A DNA stretch of 64,000 nucleotides from contig CAWAIK010000001.1 of NCBI GenBank assembly GCA_963782115.1, positions 416,001-480,000 of the forward strand, written 5' to 3'. The translations under genes and the position numbers were made by a program. The stretch is from an uncultured Verrucomicrobiae bacterium. Lineage in GTDB: Bacteria > Verrucomicrobiota > Verrucomicrobiia > Chthoniobacterales > JAFAMB01. Positions 10,194-20,003 of this stretch are shown piece by piece. The notes under the pieces are model-generated. The model was given only the letters and a program-made list of their open reading frames with translations. It was not told the DNA's origin and did no database searches. The stretch's first letter is position 1. Each line of letters opens with the position of its first letter.

Positions 10194-10451
10194 TCAATAC
10201 CAGTACCAGCGGTGATGCCTCCAGTACCGGTGCCGCCAATAGGGACGCCGGTAGTACACATACCCGTGAGGTCCCCAATAGTATCCAGGAGCATAATATC
10301 CCGGCCCATAGTAGTAGCCGGGATAATACCCGGGACCATAATAGACCGGGCCGGGAACGCCCACCGCAACGTGAATTTCCGCCTGCGATTCGCCGACCGC
10401 GAGAAATCCCCCGACGAGGACTACAAGGAGAACAAGGAAGAATTTTCTCAT
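10194..10451 (-). CDS. Small secreted Tyr/Gly/Pro-rich protein with Arg/His/Trp-rich tail
   Basis: Signal peptide ending SQA, YYGPGY repeats. Confidence 0.75.
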   Translation of the reverse strand: MRKFFLVLLVVLVGGFLAVGESQAEIHVAVGVPGPVYYGPGYYPGYYYGPGYYAPGYYWGPHGYVYYRRPYWRHRYWRHHRWYWY

Positions 10452-10503
10452 AACTGATAACTGGATTCGGTAACATTTATAGACGAAGGAAACGAATGTC
10501 TAT

Positions 10504-12039
10504 TCACTCGCGCAACCAGCCGGCCTGCCGGAGCCAATCAAGAAGCCGCGGATCATCCGCTGAAAGAGGCGGTAGCCATAAGCCGAGTTCCGTGCGACTC
10601 CACCAGAAGCCGTTCGAACTTCCGGGGTCCCGGAACTGGTATTGGTAGAGAACGGCGCGCACATAGCGCGGCGGGTTTCCAGGAAACGGATTATCACGAA
10701 ACAGGCTCAGTGCACCTGGATTGTTATGCAGAAGTTTCCAGACCAAATGAAGAGTCCAAGGATATTCACTGGGAGTCGACATCGCGGCAAACCACATCTG
10801 CCAGTCAAGGCGCAATTGATAAGGCGCGATCTGCGGCGGCGATTTGTCCAATTCCACCGGAAGCCCTTTGTATGGATAGGCTTTCCAAACCGCGCTTTCG
10901 TCCGGCACGGCGGCGTCGGTGCCTTCAAAGATGACGTTGAGACGTTCGCGGCCGACAGTTCCAAAGGCGCCATAGGTATTCACCAAATCGAGGGGATCGA
11001 ACGAAGTGTTCATTATCTGGTGCGGTGACAACATGTTCGCCAAAGGTTGGATGCTAAGGATCGCGACCAGACTGACCACGACCCGCGCGGTCACTCGCAT
11101 CGCCTTGCTGGGTGCTGCTGATACCGCTGCCAGTTGCGCGCGTCTGACCAGAGGCTTGGGCAGAATCTTGGACCAGAGGCCGTCATCGAAACACGCCAGG
11201 GCGGGGATCATCGTTAGCCAGTTCAGGAAAGATAAGTTGCCGCTCAGAATCAATACGACCTGAAAAAGGATGATGATCGCTCCGCCGATCTGCCGCGCGA
11301 AACGAGGCCAGAAAACAAGCCAAGGAGCGATGAGTTCCGCCAGGTGATTGAAGCCTACGCCAAAGCGCAGAACCGGTTTAGGCAAGAAGTGAAACCACCG
11401 GCTCAACGGATTCGGCAAGGGCTGAGTTTCAAAATGGTAATAGAGCGCCGTGAAATCGCGCCAAGCAGGGTCTCCCCGCAGTTTGATCAATCCCGCGCCC
11501 AGCATCATTCGAAAGATCAGCCACCTGAAAAGCCAAAGGATGGGGAGCGGAGGTTCGCGTCGGGGAAAAGGCCTGGCATCCAATAGCGGGCAAAGAAAGA
11601 TGGAGAGAAAGCCGGTCTCCAGCAGCTGGACTTCCCACCCGTAACCATACCAATCCTGTCCAAGATGGACGAACGACATATAGAGACCCCATAGGATTGT
11701 CAGCAGAAGTGCATTAGCAAAACCGGCCACCACCACGCAGGAAAGAACAAAGCCTGTCCATGCCGTTGCCAGGAGCGCCGTGTCCGAATGGATCAACCAG
11801 AAGAGCGACGGTAAACGCAGAAACCCCGAAAAGGAGGAGCCAAAGATCGGCCGGAGGCGATCGATAAATTGCCCTAGCGGGAGCAGGCCATCGGATCCAA
11901 TCAACGGTAAAATCTGGTTGGCAGCAACGAGGAAGCCGACGGCGTAAACAACTCCAAGCATTCGCAAAATAACAAATCGCGTGAGCCAATAGGTCCGCCG
12001 TCTTTCCGGTGTATGAGTAGGCGATTCGCCCGGTTCCAC
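10504..12039 (-). CDS. Lipase maturation factor (LMF1) family membrane protein
   Basis: GWEVQLLETGF, GLIKLRGD, YHFETQPLPNP, NTYGAFG, RLDWQMWFAA. Confidence 0.92.
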   Translation of the reverse strand: MEPGESPTHTPERRRTYWLTRFVILRMLGVVYAVGFLVAANQILPLIGSDGLLPLGQFIDRLRPIFGSSFSGFLRLPSLFWLIHSDTALLATAWTGFVLSCVVVAGFANALLLTILWGLYMSFVHLGQDWYGYGWEVQLLETGFLSIFLCPLLDARPFPRREPPLPILWLFRWLIFRMMLGAGLIKLRGDPAWRDFTALYYHFETQPLPNPLSRWFHFLPKPVLRFGVGFNHLAELIAPWLVFWPRFARQIGGAIIILFQVVLILSGNLSFLNWLTMIPALACFDDGLWSKILPKPLVRRAQLAAVSAAPSKAMRVTARVVVSLVAILSIQPLANMLSPHQIMNTSFDPLDLVNTYGAFGTVGRERLNVIFEGTDAAVPDESAVWKAYPYKGLPVELDKSPPQIAPYQLRLDWQMWFAAMSTPSEYPWTLHLVWKLLHNNPGALSLFRDNPFPGNPPRYVRAVLYQYQFRDPGSSNGFWWSRTELGLWLPPLSADDPRLLDWLRQAGWLRE

Positions 12040-12116
12040 TGAGACTCGATTGTGCGCTCCAATCGATTAAATTTCAAACACCGGAGAAATCAAAGCGCGA
12101 GCGTCGTCTTTCAACC

Positions 12117-13427
12117 TCACGACTGTTCGACCGAAACAATGCAAACATCGTCGTCGAAGTCCGGCTTTTTGGAGAAGTCGCAAGCATCTGCCAATAACGC
12201 GTTGAAAAGCTTCTCGGCTGGTAAATCAGCGTGGGTTTGCAGGCTGGTAATCACTGCATCCAGCCCGAACTGTTCACCTTCCGGAGATTCGACCTCGTAG
12301 AGTCCGTCTGTGAACAACAAAATGCAGTCGTTTTGCTCAAACGCGGAACGGGAGGATGAATAATTCACCTCATCGAACAGTCCCAGCCCGGGGCCGGATT
12401 TCCCGACCTCCGACGAAATTCGTTCGACCAATCGCTCGTTGCGCCGCACGCGCACGGGCGCGGGATGACCCGCGTTGGCAAACTGCGTCTCCCTGGTCGC
12501 GGTGTCGGCAATCAAGTAGAACGCTGTTGCGATGAAGGGTTCCTCGACACGTTCCAGGATGGCGCGAAGTTGCAGATTAAGCGCGCTGAGGAAGCGGCCG
12601 GGATTGTGCATCATTGATCTGAGTTCTTCCAGCAACGTCCGGATGATGGCGGTGACCAGGGCCGCGCGCAACCCGTGCCCCATAACATCACAGATGAAGA
12701 TGCCGGCCCGGGTGGGCGAGAGCGGAAAGATATCAAAAAAATCGCCACCAACAGCTTCTGCCGGGCGATAGCAGTGCGCAAAGGTTAGCGCGCTGTAGCC
12801 TGAGCTCCCAATACTCGAGAGGGTCGGGTAGTCCCGGGGCAGCAGCGCCAACTGGATCTCCCGAGCCATGCGAAGATCTGCTTCGAGCTGGGCATTCTTT
12901 GCCTCCAACTCAGTGCTGGTTATGTGCAATCGGTTGCGCTCTTCTGCGAGCGCATCCTCCATTTTCTTTATGACCGTAAAGTCTTTATTGATCCCGCAAA
13001 TCCCAATGATCTGACCCTTGGAATCTTTCAGTGGCAACTTGGTGGTGTAATCCCAGGTGACTCTCCCGTCCGCGTGGATCAATTTCTCGACTTTGCCGAC
13101 CATCGGTTGCCCGGTTTTGATGATTCGTTGTTCGTCGTCAAACGCCTCTTTTGCGGTCTGCGCCGACCAAAAATCGAAATCGCTTTTTCCAATGAGATCT
13201 TGCGGATTCGCGACATCCATGGTTTCAGCAACCGCGCGGCTGGCGCGTATAAAACGACCTTGCAGATCCTTGAAATAGACCTGGTCCGGCGTGTTATCGA
13301 GCAGGAAGCTGAAAAGATCCTGACCCAAGGTGAGAGCTTCTAAGTCTGAGGAAGGGAACGATTCCACCGTATTGACCCACTTATAGCACCGGCGGCGAAA
13401 AATGTTCACGTTTAATTCGAAAACCAC
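12117..13427 (-). CDS. PAS-domain PP2C/SpoIIE (RsbU-like) phosphatase
   Basis: PAS/PAC, coiled coil, VGGDFFD, CDVMGHG, ANAGHP, FTDGL, DDVC; start uncertain. Confidence 0.9.
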   Translation of the reverse strand: MVFELNVNIFRRRCYKWVNTVESFPSSDLEALTLGQDLFSFLLDNTPDQVYFKDLQGRFIRASRAVAETMDVANPQDLIGKSDFDFWSAQTAKEAFDDEQRIIKTGQPMVGKVEKLIHADGRVTWDYTTKLPLKDSKGQIIGICGINKDFTVIKKMEDALAEERNRLHITSTELEAKNAQLEADLRMAREIQLALLPRDYPTLSSIGSSGYSALTFAHCYRPAEAVGGDFFDIFPLSPTRAGIFICDVMGHGLRAALVTAIIRTLLEELRSMMHNPGRFLSALNLQLRAILERVEEPFIATAFYLIADTATRETQFANAGHPAPVRVRRNERLVERISSEVGKSGPGLGLFDEVNYSSSRSAFEQNDCILLFTDGLYEVESPEGEQFGLDAVITSLQTHADLPAEKLFNALLADACDFSKKPDFDDDVCIVSVEQS

Positions 13428-13548
13428 GAGAACGATTGTGACGGAGGTTTCGGTACGCTACCCTGTTTGATACGGGACGATTTGAATGTTCTTGGAGGCA
13501 TTTTCGTCTCGATCCATCATGAGACCGTATTCCCTCGCCTCTTAACTT

Positions 13549-14097
13549 ATGGAAGATCCCGAGGTCCCAACTGAACAACTTCACGAGGAAATCCATCATC
13601 ATGCTGAGCACTCCCGCGAAAAGTGGGTGCTTGGCGTCGCTCTGAGTTCGGCGCTTTTGGCCGGGTTCGCCGCTGTGTCCTCTTTAATGGCGGGGCATCA
13701 CGCGAACGAAGCGATGATGTCGCAGATCGAATCAACCGACCAGTGGAGCTACTACCAATCCAAGGGCATCAAGGAAACAGCGCTGACGAGCAAAGCGGAT
13801 ATTCTCAGCGCGATGGGAAAACCGGTCCCAGGCGCAGACAAAGAGAAGGTGGCCGAGTATCAGCGGGAGAAAGAACAGATTGCGAAAAAGGCCGAGGATT
13901 TGGAGAAGGAGGCTCAAACGCATCTGCGCACCCACGAGGTGCTGGCGAGCAGCGTTACGATGTTCCAGATAGCCATCGCGGTCGGAGCGATTTCGGTTCT
14001 GATCCGAAGCCGACCGTTTTGGCTGGCCAGCCTGGTGGTTGGCGTGGTTGGGATCGTTTTTCTGATCCAGTCCTTTTTCACGGCCGCGGGTCACTAG
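13549..14097 (+). CDS. DUF4337 family membrane protein
   Basis: DQWSYYQSKGIK motif between TM helices. Confidence 0.8.
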   Translation: MEDPEVPTEQLHEEIHHHAEHSREKWVLGVALSSALLAGFAAVSSLMAGHHANEAMMSQIESTDQWSYYQSKGIKETALTSKADILSAMGKPVPGADKEKVAEYQREKEQIAKKAEDLEKEAQTHLRTHEVLASSVTMFQIAIAVGAISVLIRSRPFWLASLVVGVVGIVFLIQSFFTAAGH

Positions 14098-14109
14098 TGC
14101 AGCCGATCG

Positions 14110-14303
14110 AGCCACTTCTGGCATTCTGGGATCCTGGAGAGGCGCCAGAGGAAGGCGGTCCGCCGTTTCCGGTGACGCGGGAAGAGCTCGACCGGCTGTT
14201 TGAAAGGCATTTTGAGCTTGTCGAGGAAATGAATCCTCGCACAGCTTACCCGGGCCGTGAAGGGCGGGAAATTATCCGGCTGTTGGGAAAACGCCCGGCG
14301 TGA
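14110..14303 (+). pseudogene. C-terminal remnant of a thiopurine S-methyltransferase-like methyltransferase
   Basis: GPPFPVTREELDRLF...AYPGREGRE; no SAM-binding N-terminus or start codon. Confidence 0.6.
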
Positions 14304-14622
14304 AGCTCCGATCCTCGTCATCGTTGTCGTGTCTTTGCGCCAGGTAATTCAGTCGCATGGTTCCTTCCTTGACCTTCTCCTTCGGCGCAACTCGCTCCAT
14401 TGACACTGACAACTGCCTTCGCAGCCGCTGTTGGTTGGCAACGGTCAAAGATCAAGAACGGTAACGACGACGGGTACGGTTCGTCCTGCTACAGGAGAAG
14501 AGACGGTTGCATCATAAGCTGCGGGATGCGATGTGATTTCCCCACCGCTTACCTTTCCTATGCAGGAACCAGCGCAAAACGCAAGAAGCAGTAACCCAGG
14601 ACTAAAAGGTCAAAGAACCCGG

Positions 14623-16050
14623 ATGATACCTCTTCGGATCCTGGTGCCGTTGATCGTCGCTTGCGCGCTCTTCATGGAAAATCTCGATGCGACAGTTATA
14701 TCAACCGCTTTGCCCGCGATCGCGCAAGACCTTCATCAAAGCCCGATCCAACTCAAACTGGCTCTTACCTCTTATCTGCTCACGCTCGCTGTCTTCATCC
14801 CTGCCTCCGGCTGGGTTGCCGATCGATTCGGCACTCGCATCGTGTTTCGTCTGGCGATTCTGATCTTTGCGCTCGGATCCGCACTCTGCGGATTCGCTAA
14901 CTCCATCGGGGCGCTGGTGGCGGCCAGGGCATTTCAGGGGATCGGCGGGGCGATGATGGTGCCTGTCGGCCGGCTCGTGATTTTAAGGACGATTCCAAGG
15001 TCGGAGTTTGTCGGAGCGCTTGCCTGGTTGACAATGCCGGCGCTGCTCGGACCGGTACTGGGACCGCCGGTCGGCGGCTTCATCACGACCTATTTTCATT
15101 GGCGGTGGATCTTTTGGATCAATTTGCCAATGGCCGCCCTTGGCATGGTGCTTGCCACCCTGTTCATTCCAAATGTTCGCGGCGAAATCATCAGCCGATT
15201 TGATTATTTGGGTTTTGGCCTGTCCGGGATTGGGCTCGCGGGGCTGGTCTCAGCAGCCGCCGCGCTGGACGCCTCCGGAGTTCCGCTTTGGATCGTCGTC
15301 ACCTTGTTCCTGATCGGTTTCGTGTCGGTGGGTCTTTATGTTTTTCACGCTCGTCGAACCGAAGCACCTATTCTCGATCTGAGGCTTTTGAGATTCCCGA
15401 CGTTCAGGGCCGGAATCGTCGGGGGCTCGCTTTTTCGTATTGGAGTGGGAGCCTTGCCTTTACTGCTGCCGCTCCAGCTTCAGCTCGGTTTCGGCATGAC
15501 TCCGCTGAAATCCGGTTTGCTAACCTTCGTCTCTGCGATCGGTGCGATCGGAATGAAGACCGCCGTGGGGAAGATTCTGAAACGGTTCGGATTTCGCGTT
15601 GTCCTCTTGTATAACGCTATTGTGAGCGGCGCCATGATTGCCGCGCCGGCGATCTTTACGGCGACAACGCCGATCAGCATACTGGTCGCTGTTCTTTTTA
15701 TCGGTGGCTTTTTTCGGTCATTGCAGTTTACCTGCATCAACGCCATCGGCTATGCGGAAATTGATCAGCCGGAAATGAGCCAGGCGACAAGTTTCACCAG
15801 CGCTTTTCAGCAGATTGCACTTAGCATTGGCATCACAGTCGGCGCATCGGTCCTCCAGCTTTCGCTTTTGATCCGTCACAGTCAAACATTGATCACGGCG
15901 GATTTCATCCCGGCGTTTCTGGTAGTCGGATTCATTGCCGCAAGCTCGTTTGCGAGCTTCGCGCGACTGTCCAAGGACGCCGGTGAAGAAGTTGCCGGCC
16001 GGAAACGCATGGCTTCGGCGGCCGTCGCCGTGGCGAACGGACGGAGTTAA
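14623..16050 (+). CDS. MFS DHA2 (EmrB/QacA) family efflux transporter
   Basis: FMENLDATVI, GWVADRFG, GPVLGPPVGG, WRWIFWINLP; about 14 TM. Confidence 0.92.
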   Translation: MIPLRILVPLIVACALFMENLDATVISTALPAIAQDLHQSPIQLKLALTSYLLTLAVFIPASGWVADRFGTRIVFRLAILIFALGSALCGFANSIGALVAARAFQGIGGAMMVPVGRLVILRTIPRSEFVGALAWLTMPALLGPVLGPPVGGFITTYFHWRWIFWINLPMAALGMVLATLFIPNVRGEIISRFDYLGFGLSGIGLAGLVSAAAALDASGVPLWIVVTLFLIGFVSVGLYVFHARRTEAPILDLRLLRFPTFRAGIVGGSLFRIGVGALPLLLPLQLQLGFGMTPLKSGLLTFVSAIGAIGMKTAVGKILKRFGFRVVLLYNAIVSGAMIAAPAIFTATTPISILVAVLFIGGFFRSLQFTCINAIGYAEIDQPEMSQATSFTSAFQQIALSIGITVGASVLQLSLLIRHSQTLITADFIPAFLVVGFIAASSFASFARLSKDAGEEVAGRKRMASAAVAVANGRS

Positions 16051-16329
16051 GGGATTGTCACAAAATAAGTGTATCGATATTTCTTCAGAATAGATACTCT
16101 GATGGAACAAGATCGAGCACCGATTGTTTTCCTTCATCAGTCAGAACTGGCGCGGCAAGCCCTTGGTGAGCCACGAGGTGATTGTGAGTTTGATTTCAGC
16201 GACAACTACTCAGACCAGTTTAAAGGTGCGGGCCGAACTCGACACCAACTCCTACCCGCCAGGAGCCAAGGTATCAAAAAACAGATTGAAGAAATAAATA
16301 TTCGTCCCGACTCGTTCCACGGAGAATGG
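16051..16329 (+). mobile_element. Right-truncated copy of the ISAzo13-derived non-autonomous element
   Basis: Near-identical to 36204-36483; starts with the TIR GGGATTGTCACAAAATAAGTGTATC directly after the MFS stop TAA; right TIR missing. Confidence 0.85.
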
Positions 16330-16364
16330 GTATGTGTTTAGCGCGATGTATCCGGAAGGACCGG

Positions 16365-16740
16365 GACGAGGACGAGTTCGACGATTACGATTTCAGAACG
16401 AGTACGAGGAAGGAGAACTTGGAATTGGAACTCGAACTCCGGTTCGCTGCGCTGATCTATCTAGATGTGGCTCTAGGCGTAGGCCGTTTCTATCGAAGGG
16501 ACTGTCTTTGTGACCTTTGTGATCTTCTGTGCAAATGATTTTCTTCGTTCCCCCGGCACTAAGACAGGAAAAAAAGCAAAAGTCATTTTTGAACAGAAGA
16601 TCGCAAAGATCACAAAGAGTCATTGTCTTTAAGAGCCATCGGAGGCATGTGGGCCTGCGTTGTCTAAATCGCGATCAGCAACGAACGAAACGCTCATTAA
16701 TCCCCACTCGTCCTCTTGTTCTGAAATCGTAATCGTCGTC
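16365..16740. repeat. Long nested palindromic (REPIN/MITE-like) element, copy 1
   Basis: Perfect 20-bp outer IR 16380-16399/16718-16737; 30-bp inner IR 16506-16535/16588-16617 with 3 mismatches; right part repeated at 24859-25079. Confidence 0.85.
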
Positions 16741-16760
16741 GTTGGATCTGGGATTAGCGA

Positions 16761-17441
16761 ATGCCATTTTCATGTGCCAGAAATACGAATGGCAAAACCG
16801 CTCGGCCGGAACGGCGCTCGCAAACATTGGGCGAAGAGATCGCCAACAGCGTGAGCTCAGGAGTCGGGTTGCTGGCGGTGATTGCCGGGATCCCTTTGCT
16901 CGTCGGTTCCGCGATTCAACGCCGGAACGAATTTAGTCTGGCCGGCACCCTCATTTTCGCGGCTGCGATGGTGTCCCTTTATCTTGCGTCGACGCTCTAC
17001 CACGCGGTACCGCAGGGCAGGATCAAGCGGTTCTTCCATTTGCTTGATCATTCGGCGATCTATGTTCTCATCGCCGGCACCTATACACCTTTCGCGCTTG
17101 GAGCCATGCGCGGCGTTTGGGGATGGACACTTTTTGGCGTGGTCTGGAGTTTGGCTATACTCGGAATATCTCTCAAAGTATTTGGCGGGTTGAAGCATCC
17201 ACGGCTCTCCATTGTCACCTACCTCGGCATGGGATGGATGGCCTTGTTCGCCATCCGTCTTTTTTGGCTCCATGTCCGGTTCGAGGGATTGCTCTGGATT
17301 TTAGCCGGAGGCGTCGCCTATACTTCAGGAGTCCTCTTCTACTCAGCGAAACGACTTCCGTATAACCACTTCATCTGGCATCTGTTTGTCATTGCAGGAA
17401 CAGCCTGCCATTTTTGCGCTGTTCTGTGGTATGCAGAATAG
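16761..17441 (+). CDS. Hemolysin III / PAQR family membrane protein
   Basis: EEIANSVS, STLYH, DHSAIYVLIAGTYTP, HFIWHLFV. Confidence 0.92.
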   Translation: MPFSCARNTNGKTARPERRSQTLGEEIANSVSSGVGLLAVIAGIPLLVGSAIQRRNEFSLAGTLIFAAAMVSLYLASTLYHAVPQGRIKRFFHLLDHSAIYVLIAGTYTPFALGAMRGVWGWTLFGVVWSLAILGISLKVFGGLKHPRLSIVTYLGMGWMALFAIRLFWLHVRFEGLLWILAGGVAYTSGVLFYSAKRLPYNHFIWHLFVIAGTACHFCAVLWYAE

Positions 17442-17475
17442 TTTGAAGGTATCGCTTCGTTCTGGAACGAGAAAT

Positions 17476-17796
17476 ATGGCTTATTCCGTCGACAAGCTCA
17501 TCGAAGAATGGCTGGCTGAGAAAGAATGCCAGGAATTACCCGGAACGGGCAAACCGTTGAACCTTGACGAATACTTCAGCTGGCCGGAAGACCAGCGTAT
17601 CGGTCTTTCGCTTCTCAAGAATTCCGGCTGCGTTCCTTTTGAAGTGGAACTATTGAAAGAGATCAAGCGGTTGAGCGACGAGCTGGAAAAATGCTCTAAT
17701 GATGAGATCCGGGTTCGCCTGAAACGCAGGCTGCAGGAGGAACAGGTCCAGCTGAATCTCAGACTCGAGCACTCGCGGCGCCGCAGAAACACCTGA
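17476..17796 (+). CDS. DUF1992 domain protein
   Basis: LPGTGKPL...LLKNSGCVP pattern. Confidence 0.75.
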   Translation: MAYSVDKLIEEWLAEKECQELPGTGKPLNLDEYFSWPEDQRIGLSLLKNSGCVPFEVELLKEIKRLSDELEKCSNDEIRVRLKRRLQEEQVQLNLRLEHSRRRRNT

Positions 17797-17817
17797 GTTT
17801 AAACAGTCGAACGATCC

Positions 17818-19422
17818 ATGAGAGTTAACCCTTCTTTCGATGTTCTCGTGGTCGGTGCCGGTCCCGTCGGGCTAACGATGGCCTGCGAACTGGCTCGGAG
17901 CGGCGTGAAATGCCGAATCATCGACAAAGCGGCCGCACCAGCCGCTACTTCCAGAGCGCTGGCGATCTTTCCTCGTACACTCGAGGTCTTTGAGATGATG
18001 GGACTGCTAGAGCCGGTGCTCGAGGCCGGCCATCAGTTGGACGGTGTCGCTATCTACAATCGAAGCGGTCAGATCGCGCACATCGGGTTCAGCACTCTGC
18101 CGAGCCGTTATCACTTTGCGATCAGCCTGCCGCAAAGTGAAACGGAGCGTTTCCTGACCGAGCATCTGGCGGGCTTCAAAATCGTCGTCGAACGGGACAA
18201 AGAGCTGGTGGCTCTCTCTCAATCCGCGGATGCAGTTCAAGCAATCCTGCGGAACTCCGGCGGACTCGAAGAAAAGCTTGAATCGAGCTGGCTGATTGGT
18301 TGCGACGGCGCACACAGCAGCGTCAGGCATCTATTAGGTTTGCCGTTTGAGGGAGACGCCTACCCAGAAAGCTTTCTTCTCGCTGATGTGAAGGTTGATG
18401 GTCCTTTGGATCACGTTCACATCCATCTGTTCCTGACAGGAGAGGGACTCGTCGGGATATTTCCATTCCGGGGGGCCCGGTGCCGGATAATCGCCAGCAC
18501 CCAGGCGGAAGCGGAGGGCCAACCGACCGCTGATCTCCGGCTTGACGAAATCCAGGCTCTCGTGGAGAGCCGGACCGAATGCGGGATACGTCTTAAGGAC
18601 CCCGTCTGGCTGTCGCGCTTTCACATTTCTCATCGAAAAATTCCAGATTTTCGCGTCGATCGTGTTTTCCTCGCAGGCGACTCCGCTCATATCCACAGCC
18701 CAGCCGGAGGGCAGGGAATGAATACCGGTATCCAGGATGCCTTTAACCTCGCTTGGAAACTCGCTCTGGTCGTCCAGAAGAAATCAGCGGATTCGCTGTT
18801 GAACAGTTACAACGAGGAGCGGGAACCGGTCGCGAGGATGGTGTTGACTCTTACCGACAGACTCACCCGCATGGCGACTTTGCAGGGCGGACTGGGTCAA
18901 CAACTCAGAAACGCTTTACTTCCAATCCTCACCGGTATTCATCTGGTGGAAGATCGAATCGCGGAAACCGTGGCTGAGATTGGGGTTCATTACCGGCGGA
19001 GCTCGATCGTCTCAGGTAAGACCGGACACGCAATGCACGCCGGCGACCGCGCGCCTGATTGCGAATTCCAACTGGAAGCCGGTCGGGAGCCTCTCCGGCT
19101 ATTCGATCTGTTCCGCAGACCGGTCCATCATCTTCTGTTTTTCGCCGATGCGGACGCCGGCCTCGCATCGAAATTGAATGTCTCGCGCCTTCAGATCGGG
19201 CGGGATTTCCCGGGATTGATCGATGCTTTTGTGGTGATTCGCGGAATTCGTGCCGGTCACTCTGGTGTCCTGTTCGATTGGGACGGTGCAGCGCACGCTC
19301 TCTACGAAGCGGAACCGGGCGCCGTCCTATTGATCAGGCCGGACGGCTACATTGGATTCAGAGGCGGTGCCAGGCACACCGAGGCATTGCGCGAGCATCT
19401 CGCGCGGGTTTTTTCGGGCTGA
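17818..19422 (+). CDS. FAD-dependent aromatic monooxygenase (PheA/TfdB-like)
   Basis: GAGPVG, GCDGAHS, AGDSAHIHSPAGGQGMNTGIQDA, LIRPDGY. Confidence 0.92.
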   Translation: MRVNPSFDVLVVGAGPVGLTMACELARSGVKCRIIDKAAAPAATSRALAIFPRTLEVFEMMGLLEPVLEAGHQLDGVAIYNRSGQIAHIGFSTLPSRYHFAISLPQSETERFLTEHLAGFKIVVERDKELVALSQSADAVQAILRNSGGLEEKLESSWLIGCDGAHSSVRHLLGLPFEGDAYPESFLLADVKVDGPLDHVHIHLFLTGEGLVGIFPFRGARCRIIASTQAEAEGQPTADLRLDEIQALVESRTECGIRLKDPVWLSRFHISHRKIPDFRVDRVFLAGDSAHIHSPAGGQGMNTGIQDAFNLAWKLALVVQKKSADSLLNSYNEEREPVARMVLTLTDRLTRMATLQGGLGQQLRNALLPILTGIHLVEDRIAETVAEIGVHYRRSSIVSGKTGHAMHAGDRAPDCEFQLEAGREPLRLFDLFRRPVHHLLFFADADAGLASKLNVSRLQIGRDFPGLIDAFVVIRGIRAGHSGVLFDWDGAAHALYEAEPGAVLLIRPDGYIGFRGGARHTEALREHLARVFSG

Positions 19423-19511
19423 GAGGTTTCAATGAAATTTACATGAGCAACAACCCCGGTTACTTGTAGCCCAACATTCAAATGTTCTCCGGTTCGGTTG
19501 TCCGTGTTCAA

Positions 19512-20003
19512 ATGAAACTTTTTGTCCTGCTCATGCTTGCGCCGGCGTTCGTTGGCTGTGTGCTAACTCCCAATGTCAATACGCGAAAGCCAGGCCAGCC
19601 ATGGAATTACTATGGCGACCTGACGAGCGTTTATCGCGATCAAACTGCCGGCACCCGGGTCGAATTGGTTTGGCTGGATCAGGTCCAATTTCGAAGAGTG
19701 GACAAGGGCGAATTTCAAAAGTCCGTCCGGACCTACTTGGATCAGGGGTATCGGAAGATCGGGCTCGTTTCAGTTCAATCCCGATTTTTTGTCGACCCGT
19801 ACGAGGTGAGGAAATTAGCTGCTGATAAAGGAGCGAACCTGGTGGTTGGTTGTTGGTTCACGCCCCCTGAAAGAAGATCTAAGTCAAGCGTAGTCGAGTT
19901 CTGGTACCAGCTCCTTGACAAATCCGTTCCGGCGGCCCCAAGCGCAGTTCCACAGGGGCCTGGTTTGCGCCAGGCTTTCGGACACCGGCCCGGCTCATAC
20001 TAA
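19512..20003 (+). CDS. Hypothetical lipoprotein
   Basis: Signal peptide with lipobox-like FVGC. Confidence 0.65.
   Translation: MKLFVLLMLAPAFVGCVLTPNVNTRKPGQPWNYYGDLTSVYRDQTAGTRVELVWLDQVQFRRVDKGEFQKSVRTYLDQGYRKIGLVSVQSRFFVDPYEVRKLAADKGANLVVGCWFTPPERRSKSSVVEFWYQLLDKSVPAAPSAVPQGPGLRQAFGHRPGSY

Noticed and set aside
16069..16732. Short ORFs such as LCDLCDLL / RRSQRSQR peptides
   Set aside because: Products of the IS remnant and the palindromic repeat
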